Assembly (NCBI GenBank): GCA_965112155.1
Contig: OZ218098.1
Origin: Podarcis liolepis
Lineage: Eukaryota
Reading direction: 5' to 3' (one strand)
Length of the DNA stretch: 64,000 bases
Shown here one piece after another: positions 47,299 through 60,750 of the stretch (position 1 is its first letter; every line of letters starts with the position of its first letter). A program made the position numbers and the translations under genes. The notes beneath the pieces were generated by a model that saw nothing but the letters and a program-made list of their open reading frames with translations, did not search any database and was not told the DNA's origin.

Positions 47299-50112
47299 GT
47301 GTTTTTAAGGTGATTTTGCCCTTAAGCAATGCAGTGGGGAACTAAAGAAGGAGAAAGGAAACTTTTGGAAAGGTCACAAAGTAGTGTAGCCATGGAGGAG
47401 TGGACAGCATTGCATATCTCTCCTGTGGTACTTCTGGTAGACCTACCAAACTGACTAGGATAAAGAAACCTGCCCCAGACAGAGTGATCCCAGCCCAGCA
47501 AGGTTACAAGTCATTAGTAACTGAACTCTTGACATTCCTATTACAAAAGAATTCATGCCTTGGATTGTTTCTAATGCTGTTGGGAAAACAGCCTTTATCT
47601 CCAGTTGAGCGCTGGGTGGTTGCTTATGCGAAGATGTGTACGAACAGCTGGCTAGCCCCTTAGCTAGTGTAAATCATTGAGGATTTCCAAAAGGCAGTTT
47701 AAATGCTGAAGCTCTCCACCAACAGACACAGCAAATAATGGCTCTGACGTCAAGCTGCCAAAAAATGTAGGAGTTCCAGTCTGGGGGCCAAACTCGACAT
47801 GATGGGACAGCCATCTGCATGTGTCTGCTCCACTGACATATAAAGTGGGAATTGGAAAGAAGGGTGGGGTGGGGAAAACCGATTATTTACATGAAAAGGA
47901 GCGTCCATGAGGAGGAGAAGCTTCCTTGCTTTAAGCCGCTTCTCCCAACCTGGCTCTGATACTGGAAGCAAGCCAGTCTGGGAGAAGGTTTCCAAAAGCA
48001 GTGGAGCACAGTGAGGTAAGACGTGACAGAGAAATGGGTTTCACGGCCTGTGCCTCACATGCTCCTTTGCATGTAAAGAACAGACCCTCTTCTTCGCTGT
48101 ATAAGTTAATGAGCAGCTATATGCAGAGAACACTTGCGGCTGCTTCTTGCATCTGCTTCTCTTACAACTTACAGCACAATCCTAATTACGTTGATACAGA
48201 AGTAAGGCCTACTGAATCCAATGGGGCTTATGCCCAGTTAAGTGGGGTTAGGATTTGCATTCTCATTTGACCAATGTACCCAAGGGACATAAATTACAGG
48301 GTGGACAGAGTCTAACAAGAATATCCCCAGGAACTGGTCCTTTAGGTTGCTTGAGTATGAAAGCCAGAGAAGTGAGTCCAGGTCTGGCTCAAGACATTTT
48401 GCTGCCTGAGGCAAAGGATAAGTTGGCAGCCACACACACCTGATTCCATATTCAGAAGCCAATTAGGCTGGTGGTTGAGTCTTACATCAATGCTGGCAAT
48501 GGGAGAGCATGCTTGAGGCCAGCAGCCCAGTAGAGGTGGCTGCAGTGTGTCATATAGTAGGGCTGGCCCTGGGTGAGCCAAGGGGCCAGTATATGTTGCT
48601 CATCCCATGCCCAGCTCATGTCATTCTTTACTCCTTCATTAGTAGGCTTATCTTCCCCAGCAATTTTTAAAGTTATGGTTATCCCTTCTCCCCCTGTTTG
48701 CATCCTGCCTTTCTGCCTAATCAGATATGTATAGAAAAACTGGACTGGTACTTGCTTGTAGGCTACCTGTTTATTGAGCATTCACCCTGATTCATTTACA
48801 TAAAGTTTCTGGGGAGGTTAGACAATGTTGGCTGTTTATTTGCAGGGAGTTTATATGATGATGTGTCAAACAACTGCTATCCCACACTTTCCATTGCATT
48901 CCTCCCCTGTTTCCTTATTGAAAAAAGTCCATTTTTTTGGGGGGGGGGGAGAGGAAAGCAGATTTGTTGCACAAGAGCATCAAATCAACATTGCCCATCC
49001 TAAATTTGGCTGTGTGTGATCGAATCCCACCTGATGAAACTAGGGTCTTGTATTCTGTTATAAAGCAATCCTCTGCTGTGAAGGTCCCATCCTCTTGTTT
49101 TCTAATCAGAAGACTGTTTAAAAGGTGCTTTTAAAATAGCAAGCAAAAGGAAGTAGACAGTAAAAGGAACCACAGGAGCAGCTGTTTGGAATCTGGAAAT
49201 CAGGACAACGTGCTGCAAAACACTCTGCTCTCTGTTTTAGACATCTATTACTATAACAATAGGAGTTGTAAGGATTTAGTTTGACTTCTGCTTTTTTGTC
49301 GCAGGCTTTAACCATGGCTATAAGCAGATTCACTGCATTTATTGGTAAGCTAAAATGCTGTCTATCATACTCTGTATTATTATAGCCCTTATTCATTCAG
49401 TAAATCTTTGTTTTCAACAAACGTGTTTTATTTCAGAGCCGCGTGGTTATTATCCCTCGAGAGGACTGAAATGAATGAAATGCCAGCCAGCAGGTGGAGA
49501 TGCATGAAAGCATTCTTAATCATGGACATGCTGCTTGATCGCTAATTCCCATTGCTCTACACAAGGACTAGAGCACCGGTCAGAGATATTTTGCTTTGTG
49601 ACTCTTGGGGAAGTTCAAACTTTGGATGACTGATAGCAATTGTGTGGCGGAGCATACCCACCCCCTACACCACTGCCACTGACCCATCTAGCATCAACTA
49701 TCTTGTTGGGAAGGATTTCAGGAGAGAGAGGATGGGGCTGATCCACCATGCTAGTTTCCTGGCAGGTGAGTCACTGTTGGTTACCGGGAGGAACATGGGG
49801 AGAGGTGAGGCAGCGGGGAGGTTAGTGCAGTGCAAACACACCAGCAGAGCAAATCCCATACTCCTGCCATTGTTTGTACCATGCTGGCCTCTCCCTCCCA
49901 GGAAGCAACAATGACTCACCTGCCAGGAAGCTAGCTTTGTGGCTCTGCCCCCCCCTTGGGAGCTGTTTCTGTTTTGGGTCCTGCTCCCTTGATCTGGACA
50001 CAACAGCATGAACACAAAATGCCGCTTAAAACCAACAGCAGCATAATAAAACAGGTAAAAGCAAATAAGAAACCAGGGGTCTGATTGTATGGTCTAGGTA
50101 TGTTGTATGCTT

Positions 50113-50173
50113 TGCAGGGGGTTGGACTCGATGGCCCTTGTGGTCTCTTCCAACTCTATGATTCTATGATTCT
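50113..50173 (+). mobile_element. CR1-type 3' tail ending in (GATTCTAT)n; second copy at about 51265-51400
   Basis: GGGTTGGACTCGATGGCCCTTGTGGTCTCTTCCAACTCTATGATTCTATGATTCTA. Confidence 0.75.
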
Positions 50174-50199
50174 AAATCCTGCAGGTAAGTCTTTACAAG

Positions 50200-50625
50200 A
50201 CATCTGAGGTTAACTGATGGTTGCTGCTTCACATATGGCAGAGGGGAGGGTGTTCCATTGCATTGGTGAAACAGCAGCAAATGTCCACTTTTGAGTCAGT
50301 CTCACCAGCAGAATTTCCCCACATGAAGTTTGCAGTAATTCTACAGATCTGTACTGTGGCAGGAGGTCTTTCAGGTAACCTGGTTCTGAGTTGTTCAGGG
50401 CTTTAAATGTTAACAACAAGACCTTGAACATGGTCCAGCATCTGATAGGCACAGTGCAGTTCCCTCCACATAGCACATAGGTGCTATATATGTGCACTCA
50501 GATATTCTACTCAACAACCTGGGCACAGCTTTCTGAATCAGCTGCAACTTCTAGAACAAGGAAAGGCCTATGTAGAGCGCATTACAGAAGTCCAATCACA
50601 AAGTTACCAATATATGAATCACAGT
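50200..50625 (-). mobile_element. L2-clade LINE ORF2 remnant
   Basis: ORF-track peptide FKVLLLTFKALNNSEPGYLKDLL...WNTLP is typical of an L2 ORF2 C-terminus. Confidence 0.7.
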
Positions 50626-53600
50626 GATTTTTTTAAATTTTTCTGACTAACACCCCCCCCCCAATTATTCACTCAATTTACTTTTTGTCATCCCTGGGGA
50701 GCCTGTGGTCATCCAGATGTTGTTGGACTACAACTCCCATCATCCCTCAGCATTAGCCATGCTGGCTTGGGCTGATGGTTATCGAAGTCCAACCAGGTAT
50801 CTCATCTCTGATTGAAACCTAATGACTTTTGTAGGTGAACCCTGTATTTCCCCTTATGTCTTTCTATTCCCGAGAAGCTGGGGTTAAACATGCCTTCCAG
50901 GAGACAAAGCATGCATAATATAAAACTCCTGAAAACATAAACATACTGTAAAAAAAACACCTTAATCATAGTCTGTTTCCAGATGTGCACATTTGCATTC
51001 CAGTCAATCCTTTTTCTTTGAATGTTTGCCGAGCTATTGAAAGGACATTCTTTAAAATGCATGTTATGAAGGCACATAGAGGATTCATAAGACATCCATC
51101 AACTTCTTAATGGATTATGAGGTAGAATAGTTAAATGTGAGGGATGACTCATAAACAGCACTCTGAAAGAAAGGAAAATACCAGATAGAAAGCAAGTCAC
51201 ATTAAATGCACTGAGACTTACTTCTGAGTAAACATGCTTTATGGATTGCACAGTTAGAATGTTGAGATTCCTGCATTGCAGGCAGTTGGACTTGATGTCA
51301 AAATCAAATCAAATATCTTTAATACGGTCAGTGACCAGGAAGCTTGGACTTGATGTCCTTTGGGGTCCCTTCCAACTCTACAATTCTATGATTCTATGAA
51401 TGTTGTAGTATACAGGAGTCTGCCTCTTCGAATCTACGCATTACTCTTGAGATGCTTCCTTAAATCATGAATGTATTATTGCATAGAGGAATATATTTCA
51501 CTCCAGTGTTGCAAAACTGTAGGGATGATTCGGACATCCCTGTCATGTATTAAAAGAATGGTCAAGGGACTTATGGACTTCCTCTGGGGATTGCATGTTT
51601 GGTGAGTGTGAGGAGGGACCTCATGTGATACTGATGTAAATACATAGACAGGGTCTACATGCATTTGCCCATTACGCATGCTTGCTGAATGGAGAGCATG
51701 ATCAGCAGGTAGGATGTGGCTAGCAAGTGCCCCAAGAAAAAGTATGATGGGTATCAATATGCAGTGCTGTTTATCCTACTGAACACTCAGCTCCTTTCCC
51801 AGTTAATCTGATGTATTGTGATTTACGTAAGTCAGTTTAGCCTCCTTGATTTCAAAGGGAACTAATAGTGTCATTGGAATACTTCCGCTTAAGAGTGTTG
51901 GATGGATATATTATATATTATATGCTTTTACAGGCCCACTCCTCTGTAATTTAGCAGGCTTATCTACTATGGTAGGGCTCATGTGCCAGCAAATTCCATC
52001 CATTTCTGTGAACAGGGGGAAATGTCACAGTTGTTTTTTGATTTTCCCAATAGTAAATAGGGAATTGTTCCCTAAGACAAATTGAGCACCCTCCAGATTA
52101 GTCCGAGCTGAATCAGGCTGTTTTATGATGTATTGATTTGGGATCTGAACTAAATCTTGTGTTTTGTGTACATCCCTAATTGTAATAATAAAATTATTGT
52201 AATAATACAATAATCCCAAATGGGAGCACACTCACAAATTCAGAGCCCTTAATCCTTTGGCTGATAGATGGCTATAGCATGCTTTCCTTGTACCTTACAG
52301 GCCCCAGAGAACTGGCATATGGAAAACAGTGTTCTTCCTGGCAGGGAGGGTTAGTGGAAGAAAGCTCCCTGTAGCTGCTCCTTCTTTAGTGATAGGTGAG
52401 GCCAGGCTGGACTTGTTAAGATATTTTTCCTAGAAGACTTGGTATGGGACCTTCCAGTGACTCTTGATCCCCTGGCGCATGATAGAGGCTTCCCTTCCTC
52501 TCTGCAGTCCAAGGGCAACCGAATGGAACATGAAACAAACAATCCTATTATCATTTTTTTTCAAATTGCACGTTTTTTCAAATTTCTTTCAAATTGCACG
52601 TTAACATGTCTGGGATAAAACAGGATCTTAAACAAAATCACTTTCATCTTTCTTTTTTTTAACGCCTTAACTGAATATTAAATCAGATTGCTAGACAAAT
52701 CTTTTCTCTCCGTATCATTGCACCTTTAACTTTGTGGAAATAGTAGTAGAGTACCTTGTTCTGAAGTGGGAGAGAAAGAAATCAAGATGCTTTTATCATT
52801 GGTTTGCCCTGCAGACTAGAACTGATTTACACAGGGGACTGCCCAATGATAAGGGTAAACTGCTGCCCTCCTGCTTCAACCTCTTCCTCACACAGGTTGG
52901 GGCAGAAATGTTCCACTCGGGAGCTACTGCCAAAGCCTACCTTGAGGACTTTGCTTCATATCACCTTACATTGGCTCTCCTTGAGAGATTTTAAGCTTTT
53001 ATCTCGGATGACTCATGTGCTTGGTGGTGTGTGCTTTGATCTGCTCACTTGTTCCTGAACTGTAGTGATTACAGACTTGGTTTTGAGGGTTTTATTTTTC
53101 AGTAAGATATACTTCAGTGGAGTTCAGGATTAAAAAAAAAAAGGCAATGGCAGAGCACTTCCTATGTATACAAAGGTCTCAGCAGGTCTCTGCCTGAAAC
53201 CCAGAGAGCTGTTGTGAGTCGGTGTGGACAGCACTGAATGTGATGGACCAATGGCCTGACTCAGTATAAGAAAGCTTCCTATGGTCTTTATTCTTTCTTT
53301 TGTCATCCATACTAAGTTCTCAGAGAAGATGAAAGCATCTTGTCTGATGGACATTTATGAATGATTTTGAACAAGAAGACCAACTCCTCAGTGCCAGATA
53401 GGCTCAAAATTTAACCTCATTGTATCATTTTTTGTAAAAATACACCTCCACAGGATTCCCTCCCCTATGCTTATTCAGCATGTTTAATTCTTATGCTCCT
53501 TCCCCACCTCTACACAGCAGAAGAGACCCACAGCAAGGTACAGCACTGTCTACGCAACTGACTTTTCAATGATGGCACCCTGTTTGTGGAATGCTCTCCC

Positions 53601-55932
53601 TGGAGCGGCATGCTTGGTGCCATTGTTATCTATATTTAGGAATCAGGCAAAACTGTTTCTTTTTTAGTCAAGCTTTTGTCCCTTAATTTGGAGGGCATTG
53701 CGTACATCTGTGGCTTCTTCAATGCTTTTTATTTTATTTTTTGGGTCAGGTGGGTTTTGTTAGACCTGCCTTATTATATACATTAAAGATGTGTTTTTAG
53801 GTTTTTATTTTGACCTGGTTTTCTTAGTTGGTTTAAATGTTCATATTATTTCGTCCTTTTTGTAAAAAAAAAAGTAGGCAACTAATAAATGCCGTAAAAC
53901 AAGCAAACAAATAAACAAACAAACGAGCTTGTCATGTTAGTCTAAGGCTTCCTTCTTTGGGGGAATTTTCTGTTAAACCTTTAGTATTGGAATAAATCAC
54001 TGACTTGGGAAGAGCAGAAATAGCCCTGCAGATGACACTTAACAACAATGGTGGTCCCCCCCCCCCGTCCCCTTGATGGAAATGACCTTATATGCGTACT
54101 GTACATTTCTATTGCTGTATCTCCTGTTGAATTCTTCATTGCAAAATGCTACACTGGAAGTAGCCTTGACCTAAATATTTATTTCCTCCATGGATGCTGA
54201 TCTCCATATAAGCTGAAAGTGAAGCATTTCCAGCAAGCTTCTTCTTCCCTCCTGACCTTTGCACGGATTCTCTTCATCTGCCTGCCTTAACTTTAAAACC
54301 TTCTAGAAAGGGGGGGGGGGGGTTGTGTTTCAAAGTTCTTGGGAGATTGTGATCACATGATTGTCCATCCATCCTACCTGTGCACTAATGACAGCCTTTG
54401 AGTCCCTCCTGTAAACTTTGCTTCCCACAAATAAGAGGCGGTGGTCTAGGAAGGGCTTATTCCCATCATTATTTCATATGTTTTTGGTCTTAAAAAATAA
54501 AGTTTATATAATGGGAATACAATATAATTAGACACATGGGAGTTCTGGTTTGGAAGTGGTTCAGCAGAATTCTATGATAAAACAAGTCCCTGACCACAAA
54601 AAACTACATGCAGTGATTTGACAGTCTAACGTATACAATCACTTATGCTAAATGAAAGGCAATGTCACCATGTTAAAAGCTGTATACGGAAAGCCCTTAT
54701 GTTATTTGCTGGCGAACAGGCCCAAAAGCTGTAAATCTAACCCAAAGTCAGTGTTAAATAAACTTTGAACAGGCTTTTCCAAAAGGTGCCCAGGGTGGTC
54801 ATGTTTATAAAGCAACATGTCTGCAAAGGAAAGGATTATAAAAGGATTATTTGAGAATGGCATCATTTCAGCCCTGCTGTGTTGTATGCAGCCAGGATGC
54901 TTTGTACCTTTCTTCCCCCCATGAATTACTTTCTGAATTACTTTCCAGAAAGATAAAATCCGTAAAGGTTGCTGTACTTAAAAGAACCATCCTATTATAC
55001 TGGAAAGCAGGGCTTAAATACTCTAAAAGCTGCAGGGCTTGTACATGGGGTTTTCTGTACAACCAGCAGCAGCTGAACTGAGGTTTGGAAAAACACAACA
55101 ATGCTGTCATCCTTGGATCACTTATTTGGCTTGTGCAAATCGGAATTATCTTGTTGACTTCAGTCAAGCATCAGCCATTTTTATCAGCTGAACACCTGAT
55201 TTCGAGCTCTGAATTCCCAATTATAAATGCATGTGACTTGAGGAAATGACCTGTCAAAGGCATTTTGGAATGGGAAACCCAAAGTGATGCATCTGCCACT
55301 GGAGCAGAAGGAGCCTCCCTTTTTAAAAAAGAAACAACTTTGTAGACATGCCAACCTTCCCTCATTATACATTTGTGACCAAGAAGAGGGTGTATTATTC
55401 TGGGATATGCATCAACTGCCCAAGAGTATTTATTTAGATTTTATTGGAAAGTTGTGTCAAAAGAAGAGCTAATCTCCATATTTCATACCTGTATTAGCAC
55501 CATTTCATGTGCACTTCAAAGACAAGGAATGATGCTGTTCAGCACATGAGATTATAGGTTAGGAAAGACCAAATATAAATTTAGGAGTGCTTTTGGGCTA
55601 CAATCCTATATACCCTTATCTGGAAGTCAGTCCCATTCAACTCATTACAACTTACTTCTGGCTAGATATGTTAACACTCTGGGAGTGTTTCAGTACAGAT
55701 TAGTTGGATTCAATTTAGGGAGAATAACCTTTTTAAATGATGTAAATATTAATTATTGCTGTTTAAGGCATGCCAGCAAGCTTCTACACACCCCTTTTAT
55801 TTCTCATAATCATTTAAACTAGGGCGGAAAACTAAGACTTGTTAAATTGTGCACTACTTCCTTGATGTACTTTTCCCACTTTGTTTTCCTGCTGTTGTTT
55901 TGTTATTTTTATTGCTGTTAACCACCTTGGGC

Positions 55933-55933
<1 letters not shown>

Positions 55934-55964
<31 letters not shown>
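55934..55964. repeat. (TAA)n microsatellite
   Basis: Read directly from the sequence. Confidence 0.93.
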
Positions 55965-55965
<1 letters not shown>

Positions 55966-58355
55966 TTATTTATTTATACCCCAGCCATTCTGGGTGGCTC
56001 CTAACAGAATATTAAAAACATAATAAAACATCTTCAGTGGAAAGGCAGGGCACAATTTAATTAACTACATAAATGTGAATGATTTCTTATAACATTGCTT
56101 GAGCCTCCATCTTCCTTGCATGAAACCCTTAACTGACTTCAGTAAAAAAAAGAAGAAAAACAAATTAATTATTTGATCTGTGCTTAACATGTCGCTAAGA
56201 TCAGGTCAGCAACTGCGTAAATAAGGTGAGCAGCTGCCTTGGAGCTTCTGCGTATCAGCTGATTGTGCCAAGACCATCTTGCGTTACTAGTTCTGTATGT
56301 GATCACTGCACACACAAGCACTCCTCATTTCCACATCATAATGCGTCTTTAAAATGAGCTTGCGATTGTAGGAATTGGCTGCAACCACATGTAGAGTGAC
56401 TGTGTTTGGACAAGCTTCAGGGACCTGCACACAACCTCTTTGCTCTTCCCTTTATGCAAGCAAGCAAACTAATCAATAAGCTGCAGTTAAACATAGGTTC
56501 CCATTAGGGCTGAGCTGGGAAACTATGGCTAACGGTTATGGCTTCCACACAAGCCAGAACAGGAAACCATGGTTTGAAGTTGATTTCAATATCTTGGCTT
56601 GATTGGAAGCCACTAATTCTCAGCTCAGAGGTATTTGAAACTATGGTTAAGTATGGCTTCTTGGCTTGCATTGACCCTTACATGAAGGCAGGAGTGAAGC
56701 AGCTATCTTCAGTTATCTGACCCTCATGTATCTCAGCTGTTTATTAAGCCAAGTTTGATTGCCTGAATGTGGCCACTGGTTAGAGGGCTTGTTGCATGAT
56801 ATGGCTTCCGTGGCTTCTGCTGGAGTGTGGGAGTTCAGGATCTGCAGTGCCCTTATTAGGACGGAGCAGCCGCCACTGTCTGCGTGAACTGCCTCCAGGA
56901 TTTTTAACAAAACCAGAAGAACTGGCCTGCATGAGGATTTGGGGGGGGAGGGGGGTGCCTTCCAGAGGGCTTTCCCAGACATACAGTTAAAGATTTTTCG
57001 GAAACTTTCTCTCTGCTCTTTCTCCAGGAGTTCCAAGGCTGCAACTATATAGGCCTCATTAGGCCTGTTCATATGACTATATTTTAAGAGGCTGCATTTT
57101 TCCCATGTAGTTTGATACTTTTCACTGTAAATCTGTGTTTAGTTCCATTAACGGGCAGGTCAAAGCATAACACAGCCAACATGATTTGAGCAGGTGTTTC
57201 TAGGATCCTGAGCCAATAGGAAATGCCTGGATCACTTTTTCCCATCCTCCCAGAAATAAGCGCCAGCATGCTTTGGGTCCAGAACTGCTGAACAATAGCA
57301 AAAGTTTGCAAAAGGCTGAAAGATGTGAAAGGATGGAGGAAATGGGATGAAATGAAAGACACAATGAATATTGACCTGAGTTACCCCAAATTATTATGCC
57401 CAAACAGCAAAAATAAGAACTGAATCTTGATCCTCACCATAAATATAAAATGGTTTTTTACTTTTACTTTTTTAAAAGAAATACTAGTGTGCAGAAACGA
57501 CACATTACAGATCCTGTCTGAAACACATTACAGTACTATGGTTTATTGTTGTCTTCTTTGAAAATCTCTTTCTTAAAAAAGATTAACAAATCGGTTTTTA
57601 ATAGCAGCTGGCACTTATGGTACAGTTCAAAACAACATGTTAATATAAATGAAAAGAAAACTAACAAAGAAAACTGCAATTAACACTTATTGGTGCAAAC
57701 GTCTTTATGTTAAAATATGGAATGCACTGTTGACCATCTTTCTCATAAAGGAGGTCAAAGATGCCTTGAATGAAGTCAGCAACTACGTGTTCTCTCTTTT
57801 TCCATCCACTCTAATCCCCTCCCCTCTGATTTGTCTCACTGTAATTTCTCTATAAAACGGTTTAGATATAATTTTGACTGAAAACATAGGGTAGAATGCC
57901 ACAATGCCACCCACCAGTGGAATGGACTTGTGCTGGCGCAACAGGATTTCTCCAACTTCTATAGCCTTGCAAGCACCCTGAAAATCTGCACAGGGTGTGT
58001 GTTGGAATATCTTCAAGAGCAGAGTTGCTGAGGGTACAGGACTAGAAGTCACATTGTGGGAGCAGCTGTTGGTTGTCCACCAGTGACTTGGGTCCTCCCT
58101 TTTTGCTTTAAGAACAGGAGGACCTTTTCCATGAGCACAACTCTTTCCGTATGAAAGATCCTTCTGTTCACAGAGCAAAAAGTTTAAATTGAGACCATAG
58201 GAAAAGACAGAATAGATGACTAAAACATGGAAAGAAAAGAATCATAAAAATATAAATGATATAAATTCACATTAAGATATAAATTGATACCAAATTAGGC
58301 CTCTGTTATAGCAACATAAATCATAAGGAAGGACCCATCATGATCAATAACAATA

Positions 58356-58605
58356 CAGTAGTACCTTGGTTTTCAAACAGCCTAGTTCTCGAACATTTTG
58401 GCTACCGAATGATCGAAACCTGGAAGTGACTGTTTTGGTTTTCGAACGTTCTTTGGGAAGCCAAACATCCAGCAGGGTTTCCATGGCTACCGATTGGCTG
58501 CAGGAGCTTCCTGCAGCCAATCTGAAGCTGTGCTTTGGAAGTCGAATGCTTTGGAAGTCGAACGGACTTCCAGAACTGATTCCATTCAACTTCGAAGGTA
58601 TTATA
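58356..58605. mobile_element. Tigger/pogo-like MITE related to the 60430 copy
   Basis: Starts TA|CAGTAGTACCTTGG and shares the internal palindrome GATTGGCTGCAGGA-GCT-TCCTGCAGCCAATC; right TIR decayed. Confidence 0.8.
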
Positions 58606-60099
58606 CCATCTGAGCATTATACAGAAATTCTTTCTGATTGCAGTGTTTAAATATATGGCGTTCCTTTCTTTAAATATCTTTTCCAACTCTTGCTCAGCAA
58701 ATTAAAGTTTTACCTCTCAAATATGTAAAAATTGGTCTACACTGCTAACACCCTAGCATACATTTGGGGGAGTTGCCTATAATCACAACGAGTGGATGCA
58801 CCAACTCTTTCATGGAATAACTTGCTGTCCACTTTTTACATTTAGAAGTCCACATAAAACTCAAAGTGAGTAAATAAGCGCACAAGGAGGATGAAAAGTT
58901 CAAAGTAGCGAAAGTGGATAGCAAAAGACTGTGCCCAGTGAGACCCGAACAACGTCTACATTGTACCTCCACTGTCAGAGGCAGCATGCATCTGAAAACC
59001 CATGGCTGGGAATCACAAGGTTTTACTTTGGCACTCAGGTCCTACTTGTGGGCTCCCCGTAGGCGTTTGGATGGGCACATGGGAACACGATGCAGGAAAG
59101 ATGAGCATTTGGTCTGAACTAGAAGAGTTCTTCTTATGTCTGTATGTTCACGATCTGGAGTGGATGTGCTTCATTACTAAATTAAACAGATTCCCTGTCT
59201 TGTACCCTCAGGGTAGTTTCACGATTTGAAATGATAAAAAAATGTTTCTATAAAACATCTAGAAAGGCTTCTGAAAAATAATTATCAGCTTATTCTTGGC
59301 TAGCAAATGATTGCCTGTTTTTATTTCTTTTTATAAAAAGTTGTCTTGCCTCCAGAAACGCTCTGCTAGGGCTTTGGCAGACATTCAGGAGAAGGGAGTT
59401 CCAAAGTTGACACACACAAAGAGTGCCTGACTCATCAAGGGACTAACTCTTGGCACATTGTCCGGATTGCAATGGAACATAGGGAAGGAAGTGGTCATAG
59501 AGGTATGCAGAAGATGAAGAGCTGCCAAAAACGGACGGAGAAGTAAGTAGTGGCCGGAGAAACAGAACGTGAACTGTATCACCGAAGCCCAATGTGAAGG
59601 AGCTGAGGACAAGAATTACCGGTACTACTTCTTTTATTACTAAGGCTGTTTGCGCTGATTTAGCACCTAAAATTAGAACTTGAATAAGTTCCCAACCTAA
59701 GCAACTAAACAACTAAAAGAAGGGACAAGTAACAAAATAATTAATAAACGAAGAAGAAAATGGGGAACAAAAGAGGCAGGAAGCTTGAAAATGAACATGG
59801 TGGTTTATTTTTTCATTAACATATTACCTCCTACCCTTCTTGCACCATGGAACAAAGGGGAGCCAGCTGTGTCCCACCTAGGCACTGCACAGACTCAGCC
59901 TTGCTTGACTTCAATAAGGGGACCACATCATATGCCCTTGTCCTGTTCATTTGTATCAAAGAGGGACAGTGAGTGGTGATTGGAACCTCCCTTACAAGGT
60001 CATGGAAAGTGCCATCTTGTACCCTTCATGTTCTACCTTTTCTTTTATAAATCTGTATTCTGCAATAGATTAGATCACATGAAAATAATTTAAAACTGT

Positions 60100-60162
60100 A
60101 AGAAGGAGGAGGAGGAGGAGGAGGAGGAGGAGGAGGAGAAGGAGAAGGAGAAGGAGAAGGAG
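60100..60162. repeat. (GGA)n-(GAAGGA)n polypurine tract
   Basis: Read directly from the sequence. Confidence 0.93.
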
Positions 60163-60750
60163 AGCTCTGCTGGATCATACCAAGTGCCCTGTGTCCAACC
60201 AAATGCCTACAAGCAGGACAACATAAGCACAACAACATCCTCCCCACTTGCTGCCCTCACTGCTGGAGGCATTCCGCAGCCTTCATGGTCATTGCTAGCA
60301 TTATCCTCCATGAATTTGTCTACAACTCTTTTAAATCTGTCCAAGTTGGTGGTTATCACAACATCTTCTGCTAGTGAATTCCATTGTTTAACTATGCACG
60401 TTGTGAAGAAGCACTTACTTTTGTCTGTGCAGTGGTACCTTGGTTGTCAAATGGCTTGGCTCTCAAACAAATCTGCTCCCAAACGCGCAAACCCAGAAAT
60501 ACGTGTTCCAGTTTGCGAATGTTTTTGGGAAGTTGAAAGTCTGATGCAGCTTCCGATTGAGTGCAGGAAGCTTCTGCAGCCAATCGGAAGCTGCGCCTTG
60601 GTTTTCGAACAGTTCCGGGAGTCGAACGGACTCCCAGAACGGATTAAGTTTGACAACCAAGGTACCACTGTACTGAATTATCCAACCTTTGGCTTTGTTG
60701 AATGGCCCTGGGTTCTAGTATTTTGACAGAGGGAGAACTTTCTCCACACC
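60160..60750 (-). mobile_element. CR1 LINE 3' remnant interrupted by a MITE
   Basis: TCCTCCATGAATTTGTC...GAATTCCA...TGTGAAGAAG pattern of reverse CR1 ORF2 ends; a similar remnant lies at about 3200-3450. Confidence 0.65.
60430..60670. mobile_element. Tigger/pogo-like MITE nested in a CR1 remnant
   Basis: Perfect 22-bp TIR CAGTGGTACCTTGGTTGTCAAA; right TA flank intact. Confidence 0.9.

Noticed and set aside
59440-59640. Purine-rich CpG-containing patch with GTAAGT, a possible exon
   Set aside because: No clear acceptor, no recognisable peptide and no partner exons.
60184-60726. 180-aa ORF
   Set aside because: Chance frame running through an antisense CR1 remnant and a MITE.
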